DNA of 64,000 bases from Ramazzottius varieornatus. Lineage: Eukaryota > Animalia > Tardigrada. The stretch's first letter is position 1. The number at the start of each line of letters is the position of its first letter. Position numbers and translations under genes: made by a program. This document shows positions 12,775 through 24,911 of this stretch, piece after piece. The DNA is taken from NCBI GenBank assembly GCA_001949185.1, contig BDGG01000001.1:320065-384064 (forward strand), in the 5' to 3' direction. The notes beneath the pieces were generated by a model. It saw only the letters and a program-made list of their open reading frames with translations. It was not told where the DNA came from and made no database searches.

Positions 12775-13950
12775 AAGTTTTTCGGAATTATTTCCAACCG
12801 CAAACGACTTGATTTTGACTGATGGCGACGTTACCGAAGGCGATATTCTTGACCTTGATCTTGACGCTCTGGTAGGTTGAGTCTCATCCGAGTCTTTCTC
12901 ATCTCGTACGATGAGCCCTCAGGTGTATTTTCGTAGGTAAGTGCTTCCGCACCGGCTGGCCCGGATGTGGGTAAAGTCTCCAGAGGCAGGTCGAGGAGGA
13001 AGCGCAATGCGGTGGCCTTCGGGTTCTTCCGCTGGCCCAACGGTGTCATTCCCTTCACCCTGGACGAAGCGTACAACAGGACCGAAAGAACTCACATCCT
13101 GCAAGCCATGAACGAGTTTCATGGGAAGACATGCCTGCATTTCGTTCCGAGAGAACAACAAGCGGACTACCTTTCCGTCATCAAATTTCGCGGGTACGAA
13201 ATTAAACACAATAAGAAATGAATTTTTCGAAGTACGGTAGGAGTAGGTGGAATCCAGTTTACCGTCGTCCGAAGTAGATGACAGAGCTCCTACTTGATGA
13301 AATGTTCTCTGTGCAGTAGGAGTAGGCAAGTTCCTCAACGCACAGACTGCAAGTAGGATCGCGATGTCCTACCGCGGTCTATTTCTAACCCGGAAGTGAT
13401 CGTTTCGAAACCGAAGGTAAATTCTGACGTCATTTCGCTCTTTTCCTCCAGGTGTGCGTCGAAGATCGGAAGACAAGGTGGTCGACAGCCACTCTTTCTC
13501 AATCAAGAATGCATCGATCCAAAGCGTCCAGGTATCGTCATGCACGAGCTGATGCATTCTCTGGGTTTCCTCCACGAGCAAACCCGCCACGACCGCGATG
13601 ACTACATCGATGTTCTGTGGAACAACATTGCTCCAGACCATCAAGACAATTTCGCCAAGGTGGACAAGCGTCTGGTGTCCATTTACGACGCGCCCTACGA
13701 CTACGGAAGCGTCATGCACTACGGCCCCAACTTTTTCGCCGTCAACTACACCAACCCCACCATTGTCCCCAAGAAACCCACAAAAGTCCTGGGACAGAGA
13801 GTGAGGCTGAGCGACGCTGACGCCGAAAAGATTAATAAGCTGTACAACTGTTATCGTAACGACGAGGGAAAGGCTAATTCTGACAGCCTAACCGCGCAAA
13901 TCAACAGCCAATGGTCAGATGTCTTGAGACGTTTATCAGCTTCTGTTTAA
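12775..13950 (+). CDS. Astacin-family (M12A) zinc metalloprotease; signal-peptide exons further upstream (~12.2-12.7 kb) unresolved
   Basis: Propeptide EGDI motif (~12835), furin site RRKR|NA, WPNGVIPF, zinc motif HELMHSLGFLHEQTRHDRDDY, Met-turn YDYGSVMHY, GQRVRLS..D..KINKLYNC. Confidence 0.95.
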
Positions 13951-14041
13951 CTTTCCTGTGACAAGACATTTTTATTTCCTTTCTCTTCTGTCTTTGTTGA
14001 GGAAATATATTTTGAGTTTATTTTTACAGAGTTTATATAAA

Positions 14042-14933
14042 TCAGAGCACGTGTTGTTTGACTATGGTAATGATGTATCCGGGTTCGAGATCACATACGT
14101 ACTGTACAGCGGTCATTGATTCGCCCCACGAGGAGTGGTTGCAGTCTTGTAAAGCATAAAACTTGCTCTGTAAACTGGTTAGGAAAGTCCTGTGGTTTTT
14201 GAACTGGATGAAGAGTTTGAGTTGTTCGCGATGGCACCGTTTGGTACATGGGAAAGATTCGGTCTTCCATTCTCCGTGGTAAGTAACGGTGTTTTGGTCG
14301 ATGTCCGATTTCTTGATCTCTTCCGTCAACTCCACTTTCTGCTCGTGTATAGTAAAATACCTAGATAACAGCCTCAGTACAAATGGGAAATCGGAAAACG
14401 GTCTCGGCATACTGGTTATCTCAAGTGGCGCAGTTTTCTTTGGTACTTGCGCAAGATTTCTGAGTCATTGGCTGAAAACATGCGCCACCTTAGAAAGCGA
14501 TCACCATGAGTTGGTATGCTGGTCTGCCAAATTTTGAGTTTAGGTTTGTTGATACACTTACTCAATCTGAACGGCAGGGTTCGTGGTCAACGTTACGGTG
14601 TAAGTCTCCTCCTGTTGAAATTTGACCGTGAGAGGCTGCGGAAACCTTTCTCCATCGGACTGTGGAAAACAAAGTTTTTGGTGGCGCATACTTGGCCCAA
14701 ACAAGACACGGCAGGCCGCCAGACAGAACGTACAACGTCGTTAGCTCAAGTGGCGCATCTTTCCAGCCAATAAAACTGAAAAAGTGCGTCACTTGAGAGT
14801 TGGGATAGGGGAAGAAACGCGCGAACTGGATGATAGGTACCTTGAAAACGACAGGCCGCTCATCGGATTTCCGTCGAAAGTAAATAGTCAGGCGAAACCG
14901 TCCGTGGTGGAACTCTTCTTTGAACTCCGGCAT
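14042..14933 (-). CDS. CNRIP1: CB1 cannabinoid receptor-interacting protein 1-like, paralog A (3 exons)
   Basis: Spliced product ...RPVVFK|SDGERFPQPLTVKFQQEETYTV...TYHGEWKTESFPCTKRCHREQL...TFLTSLQSKFY...HSSWGESMTAVQYVC matches CRIP1a motifs (GPVFYKVDGQRF, TKSGER, QVKFY, HCQWG). Confidence 0.85.
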
Positions 14934-16426
14934 AGAGAGACAGGGCCTTGTTTACCCGGCCCAGATGATCAAAGAAGTTCAGCGATCCACACAAATTGGT
15001 TGATCTCTTCCGGAAAGCACACCACACTTGTGTACTTTCGATCGCTTTATACGGCACACGTGGGAATTCGAACATTGAAATACAAGTTCAACACTGCGTA
15101 GAGACGGTCGGGCAATCCAAATCGCAGCGTATGTGTCTTAGACGCGGCGGTAAACTGGTTTTACGAAGCCGGAAAGAAATCAGCTCGTGCTCTGTTATTA
15201 CTTATTAGAAAAATGTTGTTTTTCGATAGCTTTTTTCGCGGTAGCGGCTACCTCACCGTACTGATCGCAGGGCACTCGCGATAAAGACCAACCGAAAAAT
15301 TAACCGGCAGCTATTGCGGACATTCGCTTCTGTGGTATGAAAACTACCGACACCGCAAGCGCAGTTGCTATCTCGTCCAAATAACGGTAAGTTTTGGCTG
15401 GAACCTATAATTAATTAAATTTTGGTCCCTCCCCTCCACTTAGAACGTAGTTTTGACTTCGTGGCTGATGGGCTCGTTGGTTAGAACAGCTAGATACTCA
15501 GAAAATAGCTGGGGGATAACAACATGTGATACAGATTCAGCGACCTATTATGCTAATGTGTTGCCTATTATGCTTATGTGTCGCTTTTTTCCTGCAGACC
15601 TGAAGTTTTACAGTTCTGCAGACCCGATTTTCACCGGCAGGCATGAAAATCGCGGAAAGCTGTGGTGATGCCTGAGGGAACGTTAATAATGCCCCGCTAA
15701 GTGATCGAAGTCACACATTGACTACAACCCGAGGAAGGATTACTGAAAGCTGAGCGAGTACTTTGTATACGGACTTCCTGAAAGCACGACCATGGAAAGG
15801 ATTGTTTATATTGATATGGTAGACGTCAGCACAAACTTCTCGAACTATGCTGTGCATTGTAATGTACATCAGCACATTTTAATAAACAATCTGCTGACGA
15901 TAATATCATGGATGTAAACAAGAACAGCTTTGCATGTGAATCATCGTTACTATCAATACGTAGGAACATTTTTCTGGTTAAAATAAGTGAATTCTGGCGT
16001 TGAAGTGTCCGTGAGCCCAGGTTCTCCAGCCCAAAGACGGATTGGGGAGACAACCCGTAACTTTTGGGGGGTAATAAAACCATTATGTCCAACGCTACAG
16101 CCTGCCTTGTTTAGTTTCGTCATCTCTTTGTAACCCTGCACCATTGTCATATGTAAATCTTGAGCGTATAGACCAGTGAATTTCCTCCCGAGATGCCTGG
16201 TTTTCCGGCTGATGTCGCCTTAGACGGACACAATGGAATCTCATAATGATAGGCGAAATAATGCATAAAGTCCCTTTTTGGTGGCAGTTCTTCCCAGTAG
16301 GAGGCGCCACACGAGCGCAGCTCATGGCCAGAGTGTAATCACACGAAACTATTGCTTTGGAATTACGTACTCACAAAAGATGCAGTATTCATTTTGAACT
16401 GAAAGCTTGCAGCACAGCGTAATATA

Positions 16427-16580
16427 CTGTAGTGCTACCGAATTATCGCGCACTCAACCACGTGAACAGTGAATGATGCCCGGGTGTGAGCCAGCGAGGC
16501 TAAACTGATAACATCTGATCACACTGGGCTGCGATGACTCATCACGTGGTTCAGTGCGCGATAATCTGGTAGCACTACAG
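16427..16580. mobile_element. Tc1/mariner-type MITE (154 bp), ~39-bp TIRs, TA target duplication
   Basis: TA-ctgtagtgctaccgaattatcgcgcactcaaccacgtga ... tcacgtggttcagtgcgcgataatctggtagcactacag-TA. The same TIR recurs at 63888-63926. Confidence 0.9.
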
Positions 16581-16960
16581 TATAATCATGTATTGTATTC
16601 AGATACCCTGCGCGCTGTATTCAGTTAGGCGACAGTACAAGTTGTAGCGAATAGGATTGTTCCGGTTACAAACCGTTATGACCGCGGTCCTGTTGCGTCT
16701 CCCATGCGTGAAATTAGAGGCTTACCGGTCAAAGCCTCAACGTGGAAGCAGCAGATACTATCATATTATTACAATGCGCAAGATTTTTTCATGAATCAAG
16801 CAGTTCCACCCCCGAGAGGGGATAGACTTCGCAGTTGGAAACGTTAGCTCATGGGCTACTATATAGTAATCAAGCCCCGAAATTGTCAATCATGTATTGT
16901 ATGGTGTAGCAGCTATCGTTCTGTCACGCCCTTTGGACCTCCAAGAACTTTTGGATAGAA

Positions 16961-17520
16961 ATGAGACGCTGTAAATCCAGCGTTTACGGTGTCTTTCGGG
17001 TCCTGCTGAAGTATCTCACTGTATTTGCCATTCATGCTGGTGCAACGGAAGCAGTGGGCTTGAGGTGCCTTGTTTATCAATCTGGCAGTACTGATGGGCA
17101 GTCGGAACGCTGTATGCAGCCGCCAGAACCATTTCACGCAGACGACTTCACATTTTGTCCCATAGGACACTTGCATTATGATGCTTTTGGGTGGGTACCA
17201 TGATTTGTAAAGCCGGACTGCAGATACCCAACGTGAGATTTTCCGCATACAATAAAACTATTGTATGAGCATACCATTTTTCCCGGAAGTTTGTATCAGA
17301 TGTGCTGCCCGTATTGGTATTGGTGTTGACGGTCTGCGAGTATCACTTTGAGAACCAACCTAGGTTTGGTTATCTGTTGCTGCAGAGAAGTCGGTCAGTC
17401 AGGGATGCTTGGCCCCGATGCCGAGAGACGGGCAGATGCAGTGCAAGTCTTTGGACCCAACCAGTTCTGCCTTTGCGGAGACACCACCTGCAACACTCGG
17501 CCACTCATATTAACGGTAAG
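16961..17520 (+). pseudogene. Possible Ly6/three-finger (quiver-like) small secreted Cys-rich protein with an apparent frameshift
   Basis: Signal-like segment ending ATEAVG|LRCLVY, spaced Cys residues, SQGC, and terminal FCLCGDTTCN. Joining SQGC...QCKSL to QFCLC needs a 1-nt frame change. Confidence 0.4.
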
Positions 17521-17869
17521 TCGTAACGGATTCTTTCTTCGACAAGCTAGTTCTTAAAGCCCAATGGACCTTTGATGCAACGTAACGCTCAAACAGCCAG
17601 CTTAGCCTACCTGTACACGTATTAACACTATTTGTTTTCCCTTGCCCTACGCTACAAAGGTTAAAACCGATCCAGTATCACCAACTCGTATGCCTCAATG
17701 TCCGCATGCAGAAAATGCCGAATTTGTACAGCGCTTTTTATTCTACGGTAGATTTATACATCTCCCAGATTCTGAATAGATTAGTCAGCTGGACAAGTCA
17801 GATCGCGAGCAATAGAAATGGTTTTCTGAGATCGAAAGGTCCCCATTGCCCCATGGCGGTATGAAGATG

Positions 17870-19332
17870 TCAAGCAATCTGTTGCTTCGTTGTTGTTATG
17901 GTGCTATCGCTACCAATGATGCATTCGTACTCGACAAAGTTGAGCTTGTCACCCCATCTAGCGTGCTGAACATCGGCATGTGGATAGAATTTGGTCTGCA
18001 GGGAGGTGGTGAAGGTGCCGCTTTTCCAGAGGGAAACTGACAGCTTGAGGAAGGTCCGCTTGTTCTTTTCTGTCTGACCCATGCCGGTCGTCTTCCACAA
18101 ACCGCCATAGCTCAGGGCGTTAGGATCGATAAACTTGGTTATCTGCTCCAAGTCAATCTTCTCCTCTTGTATCCTCAAGGAGCTGCCAACACAACAAACT
18201 CTGAATAATCAACCTTACTCCAAACTTGTCGCCATGTCGCTTCAAAGTGTAGCCTATACATCATTAAAGGTTCACACCATACTAGACCATCAAGTTTTCT
18301 TGACTTTGACTGGATCCAAATTTTTATAAAGTCACAGGATTATTTTCTCTCGCTGGAAATACGGGACTTGAGTTTCCGTTACGCGTACGGAGCTGGAGAG
18401 GGCGTTTGGTAGCGTAGATCGCAGAAAGAAACAATTTGTTTAATGCCATTAGGACCAATTGGCCTGGATTAATCAAGGGCTGCCCTTGGGGACTTCCGGG
18501 TTTGAGGCCTGACGAACCATGAGATAACCCGTAACTAGACAAAAGCAGTTCACTACAGCAGCAATTGCAACTCAAAAAACTCCGTCGGATTTCAAATGTC
18601 AAATTTTTCTGAACGTAGCTATGTGAAGAGAAGTTTCTGCGAAATTGCATGCAAATCGAAACTATTGACCATCTGATTTCCCAATACTCGGCTTTGAACA
18701 TTTCCGGTAGTTTCCACGGTAGGACTGTGTAATTCAAGTTGGTCGGGCGCAAAAATGTTGAATCTGCTCCTAAGACGATATCGATTAACTGGCGCTATGC
18801 TGCTGATCGGTGTATCTCAGTCCATAAATCCCTATCGCCAGGTAATATCGATCAGAAGGCCAATAAAGACAGACCTGGCCAGCGCCGGATTTCCTCTTAG
18901 GTATGCCTGATGCTTAAGGCCAAGAAGAAATCCATAAACGGTATTGAATTTGGCTTTTTACTCACTCGACAGGTAGTGGCGGTCGCACTGTAATCTCCAC
19001 TCGGTACGTTTCATCCTGCTGGAACTTGACGGTCAGCTGACTTTCAAAACGCTTCCCATCCGACTAAAAAAAGAGAAAGGAGTTCCCCCACAACAGTCTC
19101 AAAGAATTATTTGGCAGTATGATATCAATCTTCACAGGAGGAAAAACAATTTTATTCTTCTCTTTGTCTAGAATCTGAGCTCTGATTTGTTCTGCAGCAT
19201 GGAGAAAAGTTCTGGAAAACCAGTAACGTTATGTAAAACAGTTTCTCTTTGTCGTACCTTGAACACAACAGGAAGACCATCCGATTCTCGTTTGAAACTC
19301 AGCGTTATCCGGACTGATTTCCCCGCAGCCAT
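17870..19332 (-). CDS. CNRIP1: CB1 cannabinoid receptor-interacting protein 1-like, paralog B (3 exons)
   Basis: MAAGKSVRITLSFKRESDGLPVVFK|SDGKRFESQLTVKFQQDETYRVEITVRP...YGGLWKTTGMGQTEKNKR...TFTTSLQTKFY...HARWGDKLNFVEYEC, with the same intron positions as paralog A. Confidence 0.88.
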
Positions 19333-21423
19333 GGTAGAACGTTCACTCAAAAGACTGCGCAGAAATGGGAATCCCGCAAAATGAGGAAGTAAAGAAAAAA
19401 AAGTTGGGACGTTCAGACAGCGACTAAATGTAGCCTGGGATAATGGTCCATTACCGGTGAAATCTTCACGCACGCGTTTCGGATTACTCCCGTCATTCTT
19501 TTATGGCTTCAATTACATCCAGCTCAAAGCAAAGTTCACAAATTCAGCCTTCAGCTTCGTTTGGCAGGTTGAAAGGTACGTCGTGGGTAAGCAGGGCTAA
19601 TTACTGTACGATCGTTGATCCAGCTGAAAATCCCGACACGATATCCCGGCGAATTTTTCTCAGCTCAAAGACGGAAGTGCGAATAGTTAGATCCCCAGCA
19701 AATGCACTTCTTTCCTATTGAAGTTAAAGCGCAGACGTGAGAAAAACGTGGCGGATAATCAGGCTGTGGAAATCCGGTTGGTAAAAGGAAGGAAACGTGA
19801 TGGGTTCGTCGTCGGTTGGAAACTGACAGTGTAAACCTCGGAGAGTGTTTTTTCTTCTGAGGGTGCAACCGGGTAGGAAGAAAGGAGGGAAGGGGAGAGA
19901 TTGAGGGGTGCCTGTACACAGAGGACGAGTTCCACGTACACTGGGTCGGTCAAGCTTGGATGAACGTGTCTGCGTGTGTTCCTTCACACACAGCCACTGC
20001 AATTATCGACGCGTACGTGCAATTGCCTGATTGTGCTCAATGTAATATCCGCTCTTGGCTGGTGGGGATTCAGGATTATGCAATACAGCCCGATGTCTAA
20101 TGTCGCAACAGCCTGCCCGATGAAAGATTCCATCCGGTGGGAAAGCGCTGTTTTGACAGAATGACAAAAAATGAAGGCGGTAATGTCAACTGCGTACTAA
20201 GTCGTTACGTATCGGCATTTGCCATGGAAAATGAACCTGGCGGAGAAGTCTGGAGGCACGTTCATGAATGGTAATGTGTGTGTACATTTGCATCGTAGAT
20301 TGACAGGATCGACGTGAGAAAAAGAGGCACGTTCGCAGACGTGTGAAACTGCGCGTGATGATGGAGGCTTTTCTTGGGATTTCTTGACCAGTGCACGTGG
20401 GGAATGTCTATTTTCAGACATACAAGGAACAACTCGAAAATTCCCAACCCCACCTTTATTATCCGATTTCTTCCGGTACCGGGATAGTTTGTACGTGCAC
20501 GATTGTATGAGAAAACCTACGCAATGGAAGTGGGTCCTGATTTACTGAGGAAGGTTACTGATGGTGCAAGGAATGCTTATTCGTCCTGTAAGTCTCGACT
20601 TAAGGAGCCAGATCGATCGCTGGAGAAATCGATACCCATTTGCAGCGCACCCCACAGTTGGGAAGAAACTGTCAAGAGATGTAAAGATGCACAAGGAGGG
20701 GGACGGTCCGGAAGTCAAAAGCCGATAAAAAAATCCAGACTTCAAAGCTGGGTATTTAAGACTAGTACAGTGTACGTATAAGCCTTCAGTCTCACACGCG
20801 CATCATCGAACTGTATAATCCATGTTTTTCTACCACAGCCATGAGCAACGGTAACCCGAATCCACCTCTTGCAGTTTTCTATGCATAAACCATCTATGTA
20901 TTTCGAGCTTGTAGAGAATACCGAGGTCCTGTTTCAGGTCCTGCAACATCACATGACGCTTAAGCAAAAAATTCCCAGAAGCGACAAAGCCTCACAAAGC
21001 GCTTCCGGTTCGGCTTGAGCAATCAAACATCCCATATTGACGGTCTTTCCCCTCGCCTCAAAGACACACCCGCCTTTCAACCCGACTCTGATACAAAAGC
21101 TCCTCCAGAAGCGTCAGCTTTCAGACGTCACCGGATCCATTCTTGGACAAGGAAGAAAGAAACCAACGTCTAGGGACAGAGTGACCTCAGTAGTCGCTTG
21201 GGTAACTGCTTGTTTGACTGTTGATTGACATCCAAAAATGCGAAGCCTTTTTTGTTTTTGTTTGATAATTCAAATAGAATTTTGCACGAATTAGAATTCA
21301 TCTGGTTTCAAGTTAGGAGAGGTGGAATAAAACCTCCCGAACGGTACGCCTTGGTCAATCGATTCTAAGAAGTCAATAACCAAGAGAGGTCTAAGGAAAT
21401 CGTAACTTGATTTTGGCCGAGAG

Positions 21424-22781
21424 ATGTGCGACCCTTACGTGGAAGGAGATGTACGGATTGGCATTCAGCGACCCCGCATGGGGAAGAACAAGGCCATCAC
21501 CGCTCGCAACGTGGGTAAAAAAAAACAAATTCTAATTGAAACGATTGTTTGCATTTCGAAGTATATTCCATTCAGTTAGGTTTTTTTAACGTGACTTTCA
21601 GAAGGAGGTGGGAACGCAACCGCCACCCAGTGCCATATTACCTCCCAAGTCATTCGTCTACGGTCGACCAGCGTTAAGCATCAAAGCTCCACATGACACC
21701 ACAGCCGCTGGTAGAATCCTACTCCTCCCCTCACTCATACCTTTTTCCTGCTGTGTTTCTGTAATGGGCGACTTTTTAGTCATCAGCCAGTGGCAAACGT
21801 TCGATCAGAAGAAGCAACTACTCAAGTACAAGGGGGAGGGCAGGAAGCGTGATGCAGCAGCGACCAACCGAGCGGCGCTGGACGCCAAGATTACCACAGC
21901 CAAAGCCTGGAACCGCTTCTGCATGAGCCATCGCGAATCCAAACTCTTCTTCTTTATGCCCGAACACACTGTCTACTCCTTCCAGGAGCGACGCAAAGTC
22001 AGAATACCCGATTTGCCACTGAAAAGCCCTCCCTCTCCGTACGAACCTTTGTTTGTAGAAATTTCCGTGATGATGTTTGGCAGTTTGAAAGAAAGATAAC
22101 CGTTCCCGATTGCAGAGATGATGTGACACGATTGCTTTGTCACGACTATGCTCGTCAATGGTTGCTCAAGGAATCGGCCGACCAACAGCATCGCATCAAC
22201 GTCGAGCAAATTGACAAGGTACACGATCAACAGCTCCTCCATTCCTTTTTCATACAAAATCAAAAGAATGTACAGAAGGGCTAAAATACAACCGCTGGTA
22301 CATTAGAAAAGTCTCCGGTTCACCGGGAAAATTACTGGGATGGACGTTAACACGATTCCCAATTTTCTACGACTATTCTGCATTTCTGTTCTGCTTGCCC
22401 GATGCTGACTGCAACATCCAACCTCAGTCGCTTTGGGTCTGTTTTCAGCGTATTGTGGGTGCCCAGCAAAACGCCCAGATTGAATCCAACTACGTGGCCG
22501 ATCAGTCATCCTTGAAAGAGAAGCAGGAACGAGTGCGCCAGTTCGGGAAGATGAGGCCGCTGGGCAAGATCACTCCGCCGAAGTACGTCCAGAAGGCTAC
22601 AACCCACCTTGCCACCTTCCGCGACGGCGATACTCGCAAGCGCGGCTGGCGACCTAGCATCCAGCAGCCACCAGAAGGCCAATCGCTAGAGCAGTGGAAG
22701 TCGGCTTTGCAAGCTTCGGCCGCCAGCAAGTTCGGCAGAGAAAAGAAGGAAGGGCCAAGCGTAACATTCGATGACCTGTAA
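21424..22781 (+). CDS. CFAP77: Cilia- and flagella-associated protein 77-like (C9orf171/DUF4483)
   Basis: LPPKSFVYG, RDAAATNRAALDAKITTAK (cf. [20 protein letters not shown]) and YVQKATTHLATF (cf. FQKVGRHLDTF). Multi-exon. Confidence 0.7.
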
Positions 22782-22940
22782 ATATTTTTACAGAGGAAAC
22801 AATTTCGTCAGAAAAAAATTACACCGCAAAAGAAACTGAATAACCTCAACAGCTCAAAAAACATCAAGGAAAACTGTTCAACGAGAAGTGATAACACAGA
22901 AAAAAATGCCCATAAAAGTCTGAAGAAATTGTAGGGATTT

Positions 22941-23618
22941 CTACAGTTCTCCACTGACGGCTTTCTTGGCGGCTTCGAAGGTTTCCTGGACCTTATCGAC
23001 GACCTTCTGTCCAAATCCAGCTTCCTCCTTCTGACCTCCCTTCTTCTCGTCTCCTTCGCCCTTCTTCTTGTCATCCTTCTTATCCTCTTTCTTGTCCTTC
23101 TTCTCATCCCCCTGACCTTTCTTCTTGGAATCGCCATCAGACTTGTCCTTCTTGTCGTCCGACTTGCCTTCTTCCTTCTTCTTGTCCTTACCAGCGTCCT
23201 TTTCCGCCCCAACAGCATCTTTCACCTTGTTCTTAATGCTGTCCGCGGCATCCTTGACGGTGTGCGGGGCGTCGGTCCAGTGTTCCTTGGCCGTTTCCTG
23301 TAAAGTATCCTTTGAGTCAGCTGTTTGAGTTTGCTTCCCCATGGCTGCCATTGCGGCCATGTACGGACATCCATACTAGGAGACGTCACATCTCATACTC
23401 TTCTTAACACGCAGACCTAATTGAGCATGCAGCCGAACACATACCTGAGCAGCGTCGAACGCGTCTTGGGCGCCACCCACCACTTGACCGGCCTTTTTGA
23501 CTGCCTCTTCCATGACCTTTTTGGCAGTTTCCTTGATGGTTTCAGGGACATCGGCCAAGAGGCCACTCACCAACCCGAGAACTATCAGCGTCACGAAGAC
23601 AGTTTTAGACTGGGCCAT
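22941..23618 (-). CDS. Secreted/ER LEA-like hydrophilic protein (~202 aa, 2 exons)
   Basis: Exon 1 (23618-23445) has a signal peptide (MAQSKTVFVTLIVLGLVSGLLA), then a 69-nt GT-AG intron and exon 2 (23375-22941). LEA-like amphipathic motifs (ETIKETAKKVMEEAVKKA, TVKDAADSIKNKVKDAV, VVDKVQETFEAAKKAV), a K/D/E/G-rich linker and C-terminal SGEL. Confidence 0.8.
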
Positions 23619-24001
23619 TTTTCGTTGGAAAGTCACAGCAAACACTGAAACAGAAACTTAAATACCTGAATTTTCGCCCTTTTTGAATCGGAAAAAACGT
23701 GAACTATCCTGGATTATTTGTCAGAGGGTTGCTATGGCTCGGCGTGACAGTTGTTTGGACTGTGGGAGGTACCTGCGTTGACAGATAAGTCAATGAGAAC
23801 AATGCCGTGGAGCAATCGAGGAGACACTGGGTGCAAGCTGAGCGACACCCCGATAAAAGTCACTCTCAACTTCAAAATAGATATCAGTGTCGTCGAATGG
23901 CCGTTCACAGCATTGAAGCTCGAGATGGCGGGATATTTCCATGCGGAATAACTTTCACTGGATAAGTCCATGCTGGCCTCTTCTGCCGATTGTTGGACCG
24001 A

Positions 24002-24028
24002 CAGCAGCAGCAGCAGCAGCAGCAGCAG
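24002..24028 (+). repeat. (CAG)9 microsatellite
   Basis: Direct reading. Confidence 0.95.
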
Positions 24029-24911
24029 CAATTAACTGCGGGTAATTCTTCCACAAACACGGATATGGAAATAGTCGAGCTGTTTGTTGTACGGAATGGA
24101 ACACCTTCGCACCCGACATCCTTCCGGTCTACTTTTCGACATAATACTGTAGTTGACGCCCACAATGAAAAAGAACGGAGCGCTAACCGCAGCTATACAC
24201 TGCGTACAACATTAAGATGAATGCTAAGATGAATGAGAAGTTAGAAACTAAGGGAGGCACAGAAAGTTGCAGGAAACTAACTAACTAAAGCTTTCGATTG
24301 GTAAATCCCAACGTAAAGAAGTTAGAAGCGACTATAACTTCTGTACTCTGCCGTGATGCGTCAGATCACCAGTTAAACTCGTGTAGAGGAGGAGGAAGCT
24401 ACTCGATGGGAAGATTCGGCTGAGCAGGCAGCAGACTTTCCCGTAGGAAAAAGGTGCACTACATCATCAGAGTATGAAAGGTGACGATCTTACCCAGCAG
24501 CCGACAGTACACCTCCCTTTCAAACAAGACGAGCTTCCCTTCCTTCACAGCTTCCCGTTCCTGCTGGCTCATTAGCGCGATGCCATGCGCTCCATCCAAG
24601 AGACTGTAAGAAATGGATTGTTTGTCATCAGCTAGATGAAAATAACCTTGTCGAGTCAGATGACTAGACTCACTAGGAATTTTCTAACAAATCGATATCT
24701 ACGAGGTAAAGGGCATAAGTCTGACGTACCTGTTTTTGGGACGCAATTATGACGGATTATATTTCTGAGCTCACTGCACCACCTTGCTTGGGTTTTCGTT
24801 ACCGCAGTAGGCAAACTTATCTCCCAGAGCTCGGAATAGGTTTTAGAGTGAGAAGAAGTTTAGGATCGAAGAAACTGCTCTTTGGAGAAAGAGGTGTCTG
24901 TCTAATGTTAA

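Noticed and set aside
20460-20720. SDFF...FVRARLYEK and KRCKDAQGG resembling a Tc1/mariner transposase C-terminus
   Set aside because: Fragmentary, frameshifted, and no TIRs found.
23860-23985. FKI...MAGYFHAE*LSLDKSML resembling the piggyBac LSLDESM motif
   Set aside because: Too short and interrupted by a stop; possibly an old remnant but unsupported without a search.
23732-24220. PolyQ, polyL and polyC ORFs suggesting a signal peptide or polyQ protein
   Set aside because: All derive from the (CAG)9 microsatellite; no other coding evidence.
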